A stretch of DNA of 64,000 nucleotides, from NCBI GenBank assembly GCA_965219415.1, contig CBDCNP010000002.1, positions 2,944,001 through 3,008,000 of the forward strand, in the 5' to 3' direction. The stretch's first letter is position 1. The number at the start of each line of letters is the position of its first letter. Below the pieces are notes generated by a model. That model was given only the letters and a program-made list of their open reading frames with translations. It was not told where the DNA came from and did no database searches. A program made the position numbers and the translations under genes. Shown one piece after another: positions 1-11,002 of this stretch. The DNA is from Candidatus Marinacidobacterales bacterium. Its GTDB lineage: Bacteria; Acidobacteriota; Vicinamibacteria; Marinacidobacterales; DATDRI01.

Positions 1-1777
1 TCAGATTGTCCACGTAGCGGCCGTAACTCGCCTTGAGCGCCGTCTTGTGATCGGCTGTCAGCTGATAGACCAAACCCACTCTGGGAGAAAGGTTGGTCCA
101 CACCGCGGCTCGGTCGATACCCTCGATGAACCCGATCTCGTTCGCATCATCGTCGAGCTCTGGATTGCCAAGAACGTCGGCCACCTCGTGGTCCAAGCGC
201 AGGCCGAGGTTGACGGAGAGTCGCTCGTTGGGGGACCAGGCGTCGTCTACGAACACGCCGGTTGACCGGTTCACTCCTCCGTAATGATGGGGCCTTTGGA
301 AAAACGCTAAGTACTCTTCCCCGGCGAGGTCGTAATAGTAGCCGCCCCCGGTCAATGCTACTCGAGCGTTTGAGTAACCACGGTTGAATTGGGCACCGAA
401 CTTCAAATCGTGGGAGCCCATGAAATCGTCGGCATAGTGACTGACGTCGCCCTTTACTTGTGTTCGACTGAGATCCCATTCGTACCAGAACACGGGAGCA
501 TTCGAGAAAATGCCCGTCACCGCGTCGAAGTGTACGGATTCGGTTAAATCGCCGTTGAGTGGTACCTGTTCGTCGTACATGTACCAGCCGGCGAACCCTG
601 CGGTGAGGACCGTGTTCTTGGACAGGACGGAAGTCCACTGGACGCTCGGTGTCGGATAGTGGCGCTCGCGCTTGGAGAGCGTCTCTGGGGTCCGGTCCGG
701 GGTCAGCGTGTCCGGGAAGTCATTGAACTCGTTATGAAACGAGAACCAAAGTTGGTTATTCTGGTTGATGGACCAGGTGATCTTGCCGAAAACGCGATCC
801 GTTCTCAGAGCAGACGGAAAATCAGGATCTCCACCAAACTCGCTGAAAGAGTCCTTGAGGTATTGATAGGCCACGAAGAACCAAAGTTTGTCTTTAGAGA
901 TGGGTCCGCCGACGGTGCCGCTCACGTCGTGGTAAATGTCCCTCGTGAAGCTTGTTCCCTCGCCGGCATTTTCGCCGGTGAGCCCGCCAGTTTGGAAAAA
1001 GTAGTCGACGTTACCACTGAATTCGTTCCCCCCCGATTTGCTGACCACGTTGACCGCAGCGCCCAGGTACCCTCCGAACTCCGCAGACGCACCCACTGAC
1101 ATCACCTGGATTTCTTGGAAGACCCCCGGGATGGGCTGGATACGCGCCCCCCCGGTGTCCACGTCGCTCGCGTCCACGCCATCGAACCTAAAGGTGTTCG
1201 TATAACGATCCGAGCCGAATGCAATGATATTGCTCGCCCCCTGGATGCCAAAAGTCGCTCCCGACAACGGACTCTCGAGCGCAATACCCGGAGACGTGGC
1301 GAAGACGTCCAGCCAAGAGTTGCGGGAGAACGGGAGGTTCTCTATCTCCGTTTCTGTGTAGGCCCTGGACAGACTGGCCCTCGCGACGTCTATGAGGGGC
1401 GTTTCCCCGATGACGGTAACGGTTTCCGCGACATCCGCAAGGCCCATCGCCAGGTCCTGTGTCGCGGTTCCACTCATCGTCACGATAATCCCCTCTTGCC
1501 GGTAGCTCTTGAACCCGGTGAGAGACGCGGTCAAAACGAAGGAACCGGGGGGAAGGCCGAGAAAGTGGTAGGCACCCCGTTCGTCTGTCGTGGCGGAACG
1601 TGCCCCGCCGATCATGGACGCGCTCGATACCTCGACCATAACACCCGGCAAGGGGAGCCCGGTCTGATCCCTTATGGTACCGGTGATGGCTCCCACGAGC
1701 GATTGTGCGTCGGCCGGTAAGCTCCCCCAGACGAGGAGGAACGTAGCGATCAGCAATGATAGCCACCTGGACGGCAT
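1..1777 (-). CDS. TonB-dependent receptor with N-terminal carboxypeptidase-regulatory-like domain (3' part runs off the window)
   Basis: Manual translation from ATG 1777 (GGAGG RBS): MPSRWLSLLIATFLLVWG..ITGTIRDQTGLPLPGVMVEV..AETVTVIGETPLID..VNVVSKSGGNEFSG..GGPISKDKLWFF..DDAWSPNERLSVNLGLRLD. Open to the window edge, so missed by the ORF track. Confidence 0.9.
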   Translation of the reverse strand, partial: MPSRWLSLLIATFLLVWGSLPADAQSLVGAITGTIRDQTGLPLPGVMVEVSSASMIGGARSATTDERGAYHFLGLPPGSFVLTASLTGFKSYRQEGIIVTMSGTATQDLAMGLADVAETVTVIGETPLIDVARASLSRAYTETEIENLPFSRNSWLDVFATSPGIALESPLSGATFGIQGASNIIAFGSDRYTNTFRFDGVDASDVDTGGARIQPIPGVFQEIQVMSVGASAEFGGYLGAAVNVVSKSGGNEFSGNVDYFFQTGGLTGENAGEGTSFTRDIYHDVSGTVGGPISKDKLWFFVAYQYLKDSFSEFGGDPDFPSALRTDRVFGKITWSINQNNQLWFSFHNEFNDFPDTLTPDRTPETLSKRERHYPTPSVQWTSVLSKNTVLTAGFAGWYMYDEQVPLNGDLTESVHFDAVTGIFSNAPVFWYEWDLSRTQVKGDVSHYADDFMGSHDLKFGAQFNRGYSNARVALTGGGYYYDLAGEEYLAFFQRPHHYGGVNRSTGVFVDDAWSPNERLSVNLGLRLDHEVADVLGNPELDDDANEIGFIEGIDRAAVWTNLSPRVGLVYQLTADHKTALKASYGRYVDNL

Positions 1778-2148
1778 CGGAAACCTCCCTAAGATTCAGT
1801 CTTTGAGATGTGTTCTATTAGGCAGAACGCCATTTGGCCATCGTTTATCACTCTTCGGTAAATTCTGTCAAGACCTTTCTTTTCGACGCTCGTCCAGACT
1901 CCTGTGTCCGCCCGCGACTCCGTAGTGACGCGAAACTATAAACCGTTTTGTGTTTTAGGTTAACGGATTAGGCCGGCGGTCTGGTTTGCGGAGTGGCCCC
2001 CGCGCCCCGAACACCCGGAGTTCCCTTGACATCCCCGCCTAAACAAAGGTATAGACGCCACGACCGTTGTTATGCGGTGCATACCACAGATTCTCTTTTT
2101 TTGAGGTGCACCGACCGCTTTCGTGGTGTGCCGACGGGAGGTGTCGCA

Positions 2149-4917
2149 ATGAGGGCCCGCGCGAAGACCATCTGCCAAGATCGCGTATTGGTGGTGGCAG
2201 TCTTCCTTCTTACGCTTTGGCTATGCTCCGTCGGCTTGAGAGCCTCCGAGGAGGCGACTCCCTCGGCCGAGCGAGCGTTTAGCTATTTGTTGCACCTCTC
2301 CGGTGAGATCGGAGAACGCTCGGCGGGGTCACCCGGTGAGGAACGAGCGGCGGAGTACATCCACCGATCGTTCACCGAGTGGGGATTGGATTCCCGGATT
2401 GAGTCTTTTCCGCTACCCAAGTGGGAACCCAAGTCGTCCCGCGTATGGAGCGAGGGCGAGGATCCGCTATACCTAGCGAGCATGACGATCGGGTTCAGCG
2501 GAACGACGGCTGCGGAAGGCGTTAGTGGCGAGTTCGTGGATGTTGGCGATGCCAGCCCACGCCACCTTGCCGGGAAGAATCTGGCGGGTAAGATCGTCCT
2601 TGTCAAGCGGGATGTCTATATCGACTATCCCGACTACTGGCTCACCGAGCGACTCATCCCCCGCGGAGTGGCGGGGATGATCTTCTCCTCCCGCTCCGGA
2701 CGACACGGCGGCCCGCCCATGACTTATTTCAACTATAAGCGCTCTCTAAAGGAAGACACGCCGCCCGCCGCGGTGATTACGTACGAGGATGCGGTGCGGC
2801 TGGTCAAAAGCCGTCCTAAGAGGGTCACCATCGTCGCCGAGGCCGAGGTGGCTGAAGGGACTTCCCGGAACGTCATTGGTGACATTCGAGGAGCTTCTCA
2901 TCCCGACGAGCTGATCGTCATCACCGCGCACAACGACACCTCGATCAACAGCCCGGGCGCTGCGGATGATGGTGGTGGGACAGCGTTGATCATGGAGCTG
3001 GCACGAGCCTTTTCCCGTTCGCCCCGGCCTGCCAGGACGCTTCGTTTCATTGGATGGGGCGGGCACGAGCTAGGTCTGATGGGCAGCGAAGCCTATCTTC
3101 GCGCGCACGCGGACGAAAACGTCGTGGCCATGATCAACTTTGACGGCGTCGGATCGACGCTCGGCACCTTGACTTGGTTCGGCGCGGGGCCTGACGAATG
3201 GATCGAGTTCCTACGTCGCGTCGGCGACGAATCGGGCCTCGAGCCGGATGGCGGTCTCGCCGCTCTCGGCTTCGACTCGGTGAATTTCGCAGCCTTGAAG
3301 GTGCCCGCGGTCAGTGTGGGGCTGTCTCATGGTGCAGGAGCGAGTCATACACCGGAAGACAACTTGAAATGGTCCGCGCCAGTCGGTTTCGAAGATCCGC
3401 TCCACTTCGCTACTCTGCTGATTGGTGGTTTGGCAAAGGACCCGACGGTCGCCTTCAAACAGGAGTTCCCTCCAGACTTGCTGCAAGATATTCGCGATTA
3501 TGCTGCTCGGTGGGGTTGGGGCGTGCGTCCCGAGGCAAACGCGCCACCACCAGCCGATCTGAAGGATGAGCCACTAGCCCCCTTGACCGGGCTGCCGCCA
3601 GCCTCGCCGGAGAGGGCCTTCGACTACCTCGTTCACCTGGTGGGAGCAATTGGCGAACGGCCGGTTGGCTCGGAGGGCGAAAAACGTGCAGCCGATTACA
3701 TTCACGCGCAGTTTTCGGCGTGGGGCTTGGACTCGAAGATCGAAACCTTTCCGCTGCCAATATGGAAGCCCCGCTCGTCTCACGTTTGGACCAAAGGGGC
3801 GGAGCCTCTCTACTTCCCGAGCATGGCCGCCGGCTATGGCGGGACCACCCCACCGGAAGGCATCACCGGCGAGCTCGTCGATATCGGCACCGCGAGCCCC
3901 CGTCACCTCGAGGGAAAGGACCTCGACGGAAAGATCGTCCTCGTCAAGCGGGACGTTTACATCGACTATCCCGACTATTGGCTCACCGAGCGCCTCATTC
4001 CTCGTGGAGTAGCGGGCATGATCTTCTTTTCTCGCTCCGGAAGGCACGGCGGTCCCCCCATGGTCTACTACAACTTCAAGAGATCCCTCAAAGAAGATAC
4101 GCCACCGGCCGTCGTCGTGACCTATGAAGATGCGGTCCACCTACTTAAGAGCGGGGTCGCGGAAGTCGGAATGGTGGTGGAGGCCGACGTCGCCGAAGGG
4201 GAATCGCGAAACATTATCGGAGAGATCCGTGGCTCCTCCCATCCTGATGAGGTCATCCTAGTGGGCGCGCACAACGATACATCCATCAACACCCCGGGGG
4301 CGAACGACGACGGAGGCGGAGTCGCCATCGTTATGGAGTTGGCGAGGGCGTTCTCACGGCTTCCGCAGCCGGCGCGAACGCTCAGGTTCATTGGGTGGGG
4401 TGGGCACGAGCCGGGGCTGATGGGCAGCGAAGCCTACCTGCGAGCGCATCCCGAAGAGATCGACAAGGTCGTGGCGGTAGTCAACTTCGACGGCGGACTC
4501 GGAGCAACCCTCAGCACGCCAGCGTGGTCCGCGGCGGGACCCGAGGAGTGGATCCAATTCATCCGCAAGCTCGGCGATGACGTGGGCCTGGAGCCAGAGT
4601 GGCGCCGGGGCGGCGGTGGGAACGACGCGACCAATTTCTCTGCGCTGGAGATCCCAGGCGTGAGCTTTGGGAACCGGCACAGCGTCGGCGCCAACCACTC
4701 CCCCGAGGACAATCTGAAATGGTGCTCGCCGGTTGGACTCGAGGACCCACTCCTGCTCGGTGGTCTCTTGGTGTCCCGGCTCGCCAACGATCCGTCGCTC
4801 TCCTTTTCCCAGCCCTTTCCAGCCGATCTACTGCAGAGTGTGAGGGATATTGCGGCTCGCTGGGGTTGGGGAATCAGGCCCGAAGCCAATGAGCCCCCAC
4901 CGGGAACAGACCGATAA
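2149..4917 (+). CDS. Secreted protein with two tandem PA-domain + M28 metallopeptidase-like units
   Basis: ATG 2149 after GGGAGG, then a signal peptide. Each half has AHND, GA(A/N)DDGGG, GGHExGLMGS, NFD and H(T/S)PEDN motifs. Confidence 0.85.
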   Translation: MRARAKTICQDRVLVVAVFLLTLWLCSVGLRASEEATPSAERAFSYLLHLSGEIGERSAGSPGEERAAEYIHRSFTEWGLDSRIESFPLPKWEPKSSRVWSEGEDPLYLASMTIGFSGTTAAEGVSGEFVDVGDASPRHLAGKNLAGKIVLVKRDVYIDYPDYWLTERLIPRGVAGMIFSSRSGRHGGPPMTYFNYKRSLKEDTPPAAVITYEDAVRLVKSRPKRVTIVAEAEVAEGTSRNVIGDIRGASHPDELIVITAHNDTSINSPGAADDGGGTALIMELARAFSRSPRPARTLRFIGWGGHELGLMGSEAYLRAHADENVVAMINFDGVGSTLGTLTWFGAGPDEWIEFLRRVGDESGLEPDGGLAALGFDSVNFAALKVPAVSVGLSHGAGASHTPEDNLKWSAPVGFEDPLHFATLLIGGLAKDPTVAFKQEFPPDLLQDIRDYAARWGWGVRPEANAPPPADLKDEPLAPLTGLPPASPERAFDYLVHLVGAIGERPVGSEGEKRAADYIHAQFSAWGLDSKIETFPLPIWKPRSSHVWTKGAEPLYFPSMAAGYGGTTPPEGITGELVDIGTASPRHLEGKDLDGKIVLVKRDVYIDYPDYWLTERLIPRGVAGMIFFSRSGRHGGPPMVYYNFKRSLKEDTPPAVVVTYEDAVHLLKSGVAEVGMVVEADVAEGESRNIIGEIRGSSHPDEVILVGAHNDTSINTPGANDDGGGVAIVMELARAFSRLPQPARTLRFIGWGGHEPGLMGSEAYLRAHPEEIDKVVAVVNFDGGLGATLSTPAWSAAGPEEWIQFIRKLGDDVGLEPEWRRGGGGNDATNFSALEIPGVSFGNRHSVGANHSPEDNLKWCSPVGLEDPLLLGGLLVSRLANDPSLSFSQPFPADLLQSVRDIAARWGWGIRPEANEPPPGTDR

Positions 4918-5054
4918 CAGGACCATCCCACAAAACACTAAGGTTCGAACGGAGAGTTATCAAGGGCGTTCCCAAAACGAAGACGATCCGATTTTGTCGA
5001 TCTACCGGATGGTAAGACACCTTAGGCTCCAAGGGTGCACCCTCGTTACCCTGT

Positions 5055-6419
5055 TTGATACCTGCTCTTGGGATCAACGCGAACGCGGGCGAGCTCCCTG
5101 CCACGTCGGCCGAGACTGCGTACGAGCACGTGGTCTATCTATCGGGCGTCATCGGGGAGAGGACGGCGGGCTCCGAGGCAGAAGAGCGTGCCGCGCTGTA
5201 TATCCTGGGGAAGTTCGAGTCCTGGGGTCTCGATGCCCGGCTGCAGACGTTTCGCCAACCCGTCTGTCGCGCTCGGTCCGCGCACATTTGGACCGAGGGA
5301 GAAAAGCCCCTGTACCTGTCCGCCAAATCGGTCGTGTTTGGCGGAACCACCCCACCCGAAGGTGTCATCGGGGAGCTGGTGGATCTAGGGACGGCGAACG
5401 AAGCGCAACTCGCGGACAGAGACCTCGCGGCAAGAATCGGGCTCGTGAAGCGAGACGTCTACATCGAGTACCCCGACTATTGGCTGACCGACTGCGTGGT
5501 GCCGCGAGGCGTGGCGGGGTTGATCTTTTTCTCACGGCCCGCCGGCGGCAAGCCGACGGCGTATTACAACTACAAGCGAGCGCTCGAAGAGAAGACGCCC
5601 CCCTCTGTTGTCATCACGTACGAAGACGCCGTGGAGTTGCTGAGGAACAACCCGAGCCGCGTGGGGATAGTAGTGGATGCGGAAGTCGGCTGGGGTCAGT
5701 CACGGAACGTCATCGCCGACCTGAAGGGTCATGCCAAGCCGGAAGAGTTAATGTTAATCACAGCGCACTACGACACGGCTTACACCAGCCCGGGAGCCAC
5801 CGACAATACTGGCGGCGTCGCTCTCGTCATGGAGTTGGCGCGGGCGTTTGCGGAAGCCTCGGCCCCGGCGCGGACGCTTCGGTTCATCGCTTTGGGCGGC
5901 CACGAGACCGGCCTTCACGGAAGTGAAGCCTATCTTCGCGCCCATCGGGAGCAAGTGGAGAACATTGTCGCGGTCATTAATTTCGATGCCGGTCACGGAA
6001 CGACTCTAGGTACCGATTCTTGGGTAGCCGCCGGGCCCGACGAGTGGATTCGCTTCGTCAAGGCGGTGACGGACGACTCAGACCTCGAGCCAGAGTGGGC
6101 GGTGGGCACGTACTATTCGGACGACACGAACTTCGCGGCGCTCGAAGTGCCTACCGTGAATTTCGACAAAGGGCTGAGCCGTATTGGTCGTCACACGCCG
6201 AAAGACAATCTGAAGTGGACTTCTCCGGTGGGTCTGCAAGGTGGGCTCCTGATGAGCGCCATGATTCTGGAGAAGATCTCGAGGGATACCTCGCTGACTT
6301 TCCCGCATCAATTCCCCGGTGACCTGATCGAGCGGGTAAGGAACTACGCGGCGCGCTATGGGTGGGGTATACGACCGGAAGCGAATCGGCCGCCGCGCGA
6401 GACTAGAGATCAGCCGTAG
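5055..6419 (+). CDS. PA + M28 metallopeptidase-like protein (true start probably 5009, one base out of frame)
   Basis: AHYD, GATDNTGG, GGHETGLHGS, NFD, HTPKDN motifs; paralog of its neighbours. Confidence 0.85.
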   Translation: MIPALGINANAGELPATSAETAYEHVVYLSGVIGERTAGSEAEERAALYILGKFESWGLDARLQTFRQPVCRARSAHIWTEGEKPLYLSAKSVVFGGTTPPEGVIGELVDLGTANEAQLADRDLAARIGLVKRDVYIEYPDYWLTDCVVPRGVAGLIFFSRPAGGKPTAYYNYKRALEEKTPPSVVITYEDAVELLRNNPSRVGIVVDAEVGWGQSRNVIADLKGHAKPEELMLITAHYDTAYTSPGATDNTGGVALVMELARAFAEASAPARTLRFIALGGHETGLHGSEAYLRAHREQVENIVAVINFDAGHGTTLGTDSWVAAGPDEWIRFVKAVTDDSDLEPEWAVGTYYSDDTNFAALEVPTVNFDKGLSRIGRHTPKDNLKWTSPVGLQGGLLMSAMILEKISRDTSLTFPHQFPGDLIERVRNYAARYGWGIRPEANRPPRETRDQP

Positions 6420-6490
6420 CGGAAAGGGAAGTCAATGCGACTGGAGCTTCGCCTCCAGTTCGCGGCCTCATACTGTCGAGAGGTGATGAG

Positions 6491-7918
6491 ATGGGATTCT
6501 ACCAGCGTACTCCCTTTTATCGATGCGCCATTCTCGGGAGCGTACTTGCAACAATGGCTCCCGCGGCCGGGGGTCAAGGTGGCGCGGGACGGAAGGAGCT
6601 TCCCCCGGTTTCTGCAGAGAAGGCGTTTGTGCACATGGTGCACTTGGCCGGAGCGATCGGAGAACGCACGGCCGGCTCACCAGCCGAGGAGCGAACCGTC
6701 GAGTACCTTCACAACGCGTTCAAGTCGTGGGGGCTCGAGGTACGTATCCAGCCGTTTTCTATAGCGATATGGCACCCGAAAGTAGCCCGAATCTGGACTG
6801 AAGGGGACGAGCCGCTGTCCGTCCAGGCCAATGCCGTTGCCTTCGGAGGGACCACGCCGGTCGAAGGCGTCGTCGGCGAACTGGTGGATGTGGGGACGGC
6901 CAGCCCGCGCCATCTCGAAGGCAAAGACCTGACGGGCAAGATCGTGCTCGTCAAGCGGGACGTCTATATCGACTATCCCGACTATTGGCTCACGGAACGA
7001 CTGCTGCCGCAGAAGGTCGCGGGGATGATTTTCTACTCGGCGAGGGGCGGCGGGGCTACCACGGCTTACTACAATTACAAGCGTTCGCTCAAAGAGAAGA
7101 CGCCGCCATCGGTGGTGATTACGTATGAGGAAGCACTGGCGCTCTTGAAGAGCCGACCGCGGCGGGTCGGGATCGCGGTGGAGGCGGACGTCACCTGGGG
7201 CCAGTCCCGCAACGTCATCGCTGACATCAGGGGCCGATCCAAGCCGGACGAGATTGTTCTCTTATTCGCGCACCACGATTCCGCCATCACGAGCCCCGGC
7301 GCCATCGACGACGCTGGCGGGACCGCCGTGCTCATGGAGCTGGCGCGGGCCTTCTCCGAAATTCCTCCGCCGGCACGAACCATCCGATTCGCCTCCTGGG
7401 GCGGCCACGAGCCGGGGCTCATGGGGAGCGAGGCTTACCTTCGTGCGAACCCCGAGGCCGACCGGCTAGCCGCGGTCATTAGTTTTCATAGCCAGGGCTC
7501 GACTCTCGGGGTGGACACTTGGCGAGCACTTGGGCCGGATGAGTTCATCCGATTTCTCAAACAGGTCGTTGAGAAGTCGGGTCTGGAGGCGCAGGGGGGC
7601 CTGGCCCCGGTCGGCTACGAAGCAAACAGTTTCACGGCGTTGGAAGTGCCAGCCATGTCGATAGGGCGAAGCTTAGGGCCCTCTACCGGACACACTCCGA
7701 AAGACGACCTGAGGTGGTGTTCCCCGGTTGGCCTGGAGGGTGGCCTGCTGCTAGGTGCGATGGTTGCCGGGCGGCTGGCCAACGACTCGGCGCTAACATT
7801 CCCGCACCGGTTGGATCCCGAGTTGCTCAAGAGATCTAGGGCGCGGGCCGCTCGCTGGGGATGGGGTGTACGGCCAGAAGCAAATCGGCCGCCGCACGAG
7901 ACCAGGGATCAGCAGTAG
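6491..7918 (+). CDS. PA + M28 metallopeptidase-like protein
   Basis: Signal-like N-terminus; AHHD, GAIDDAGG, GGHEPGLMGS, HTPKDD motifs. Confidence 0.85.
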   Translation: MGFYQRTPFYRCAILGSVLATMAPAAGGQGGAGRKELPPVSAEKAFVHMVHLAGAIGERTAGSPAEERTVEYLHNAFKSWGLEVRIQPFSIAIWHPKVARIWTEGDEPLSVQANAVAFGGTTPVEGVVGELVDVGTASPRHLEGKDLTGKIVLVKRDVYIDYPDYWLTERLLPQKVAGMIFYSARGGGATTAYYNYKRSLKEKTPPSVVITYEEALALLKSRPRRVGIAVEADVTWGQSRNVIADIRGRSKPDEIVLLFAHHDSAITSPGAIDDAGGTAVLMELARAFSEIPPPARTIRFASWGGHEPGLMGSEAYLRANPEADRLAAVISFHSQGSTLGVDTWRALGPDEFIRFLKQVVEKSGLEAQGGLAPVGYEANSFTALEVPAMSIGRSLGPSTGHTPKDDLRWCSPVGLEGGLLLGAMVAGRLANDSALTFPHRLDPELLKRSRARAARWGWGVRPEANRPPHETRDQQ

Positions 7919-7921
7919 AAG

Positions 7922-9345
7922 TCAATGCGACTGGAGCATCGCCTCCAGCTCGCGGCCGAGGGTGGCTTCGCGAGCCGCCTCCTCGGGTCGTCCGAGACGA
8001 CTGTATGCATCGGCGAGGAGGAAGTGGCCGAGAGCCGAAAAGTCGGAGCGAGGTGAAAGACTCAGACCCTTCTTGGCGAGTGATATCGTCTGCTGGACAT
8101 CGCCGGAGTCGAGAGCGGCCTTGGCCAACAAGAGATACCCTTCGCCAAAATCCGGGCTCGCATCGACTGCCTCCCGATAATGAAAAGTGGCATCGTCGCG
8201 CTGCCCCAAGTTATCCAGGAGTTGGCCCAACTGAAAGTGCGTGAGGTGGCTCGCCGGATGGAGCTCGATCTCCCGGCGGTACTCCGCAAGGGCGCGCTGG
8301 AAGACACCCCGATCCTCCCAAATCTTTGCGAGATTGTGATGAGCTAGGGCGACGTCTTTCTCGGTGCCCAACGCCGCTTCGAAGGCCTGCTGTGCCTCCT
8401 CGAGATCACCGCGCTCGTAAGCTATGACCCCCAGGCCGACCTGCGCCGTCGCCAGCTCGGGACCAAATTCAAGCGCCCTTTCGAAAGCCGCGGCCGCTTG
8501 GTCCAGGTTTTCGAGGTCTAGATTTAACTGCCCCACGAGAAAATGGACACCGGCGTCCTTGGGATTCGTTCCGAGGTAAGCCATGTACGCAGCCAGCGCT
8601 TCCTCGCTCCGGCCGAGCGCGAAATACGCGTTGGCGAGCTCTATCACTGCCACGTCGTAGTCTGGTTTCAGTTTCAGCGCCTGCCTGAAGTCCTCTACTG
8701 CTCGTTCCGGTTGTTCTTGTCGCAAGTGTGCTCGTCCGAGCGTTGTCCAAGCGTCGATCACCGTCGGGTCCTCTTCGATGATCTGGTGGAGCAGTGCTAT
8801 CGCCGCCTCGGCATCGGGTGGATCCGCAGAGAGCCTTTCCCTCGCGTCGGAGAGCTTATTGAATAGATGAATTCTCTCCTTGGGATCCGCCAAGTCCTCC
8901 AGGTCGTTCTTCGGTTCGGCAAACGTGCCGATGTATCCCAGCGACGCCAATCGTGCCCTCGTATCGGCGTCTATTTCCTGGTGAACGGCCGAATCGGCGT
9001 CCGGCCGTTCCATCGACTCTTCGATGTCGGCGAGGCGGTCGCCCATCTCGGTCAGGAGCGAAAGCCGGGCAGCGGCTAGATTGTCTAGCTCCAGAGGATC
9101 CTGGCTAAGATCGTAGAGCTCGGGTCGAGGCGCTTCGATGTATTTCAGAGATCCCATCCGCAACGCCCGAAGCTCGCTCCAGCCGAAGTGATACCGCGGG
9201 TAAAAAGATTCCGCGTAGCCCTCCCGGTTTCCCTCCTCCTCCCCGGCCCCCGCCATAAGCCCGGCTAAGCTCGTCCCGAACGAACTGCCGTTTAGCCCGT
9301 CCGGGACTTGGATCCCCAAAAGGTCGAGGACGGTTGGAAATATGT
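7922..9345 (-). pseudogene. Sulfatase C-terminal region + TPR repeats, 5' part removed at an IS end
   Basis: IFPTVLDLLG..YAESFYPRYHFGWSELRALR..KYIEAPRPELYDL followed by multiple TPRs. The ORF-track N-terminus is read from IS DNA starting at 9346. Confidence 0.8.
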
Positions 9346-10631
9346 TGTCCATCATCATTATTAATCCGGGACTGGACTCTAGGGCCCAGACCGCCCTCGA
9401 GCACATGCTGGAGAGCGTGGTCAGCGCGCGAGGGAAGGTGCTGAGGACAAACTTCTCGGCGACCAGCCGAGTAACGCGAGCGACCAAGCTGACTCAAGCT
9501 GCCTCTCGCCACTCGTATCGATGGTGCAGTCCACCGACTCGCGGCAGTGCGGCTACTTTCGCCGTAGGAGACGGTCGGTGCGTGACCGTTCTCAAGCTCG
9601 GTGTGTCCTTGTTCAGCCCCAAGTGGCAACGGTCCTCATGATAGTAGCTGATGTAAGCTCGCACGAGCCGGATGAGATGACATGCGCCGAGAACCACGAC
9701 GTGCTCAAGGAGCTCGCGACGGCAGCTGCCGACCCACCGCTCCGCGGTTCCGTTTTGCCATGGGCTGCGAAGCGAAGTGCGAACGGGTTTTGTGCCCGTT
9801 GCCTTGATGAACTCGATGACCGCAGCGTTAAAGATGAAGTCGCGATCGAAGATGAGATATCTCGGAGCGGTGTCGTAGGGAAACGCCTCGCGGAGTTGCT
9901 GAATAACCCAAGCAGACGTCGGGTGGAACGTGGCGTTGAAGTGAACGATGTGCCGGCGACCGTGCTCGATGACGAAGAAGCCGTACAGCAGCCGGAGCGA
10001 CGCGGTGGGCACGGTGAACAGATCCATGGCGGCGATATCGTCTTTATGGTTGCGCAAGAAAGCCATCCATCGTTTCAGCTGGTCGGGCTCCGCGGGACGC
10101 CGCGGCAGGTATCGCGACACCGTGCTCTCGGAGATGATGAAACCGAGCTTGGTGAGCTCAGCATGGATGCGTGGCGCCCCCCAGCCGTCTTGCGCCATCG
10201 TGCGGACGAGGCGGCGAATCTCGGCATCAATCCGAGGCCGACCGGGATGGCGGCGCTGCGAGATCTTTGCCCAGTACCGTCGGAATCGGTCGCGATGCCA
10301 ACGGGCTACGGTGTCCGCGTGGACGATGAGCAGGCGGCTCGCCCACACGGGCCACGAACCTCGAAGGGCAACCCAGAAAGCCCGTTCCGTGTCGTCGAGC
10401 GGTGGGCGTGGGCGCTCTTTCTTCAGCGCCGTCACTTGCTGCCGCAAAGCGACGTTCTCCAACACCAGGTCGGCGCGGCGCCGACACATCGCCCGAATGG
10501 CACGGACGCCAAGTGAGACGAGGAAGACAACAACGTTGAGCATAGCGGCGGAGTTTCGCCGTCTTCGGCCCGGAATTCAAGCGGAGCGTAAGTCCTTGAT
10601 TTCGTGGGCGGAGCAGTTTTGACGATGCACA
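9346..10631 (-). mobile_element. Integrase-core (IS481/IS3-like DDE) insertion element A, copy 1; transposase 9494-10543
   Basis: 349 aa rve transposase (WGAPRIHAEL, DLFTV, IFDRD, NGTAERWV, GGLHHRYE). Imperfect TGT..ACA ends (tgtccatcatc / tgtgcatcgtc) and an IHF-like site aatcaaggactta. Near-identical to 22310-23595. Confidence 0.9.
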
Positions 10632-11002
10632 ACCCGAAGGAAACAGCTCCGGAATCGACGGGGCGATGGACCCATCAGACCGCCACGCTGTCGTTTTCGA
10701 ACCCGCAGGCAGACGCGACGTTCTCCCTCGACTACGCCGCACGCGCGCCGCAGACGGTCACGGTCAGCGTCGGCGACCAACTGCTGCAGTCATTCGTCGC
10801 CGATGCATCCGGGCGCCGCCGCCGCCACCGTATTCCCCTCCCCGCAACGGCGCTAGGAAATGGGGACAGGGCTAAGATCCAGATCACTGTGGATCGGACG
10901 TTCGTGCCGGCGAATCTGATCGCGGGCTCACGCGACACCCGCGAACTTGGCATTAAGGTCTATCACGCGGCCGTTGAACGCGACCCCGTCCCAACTCCCT
11001 GA
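10632..11002 (+). pseudogene. 3' fragment of a beta-rich hypothetical exported protein
   Basis: WTHQTATLSF..VDRTFVPA..DTRELGIKV begins right at the IS end with no native start. Confidence 0.55.
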
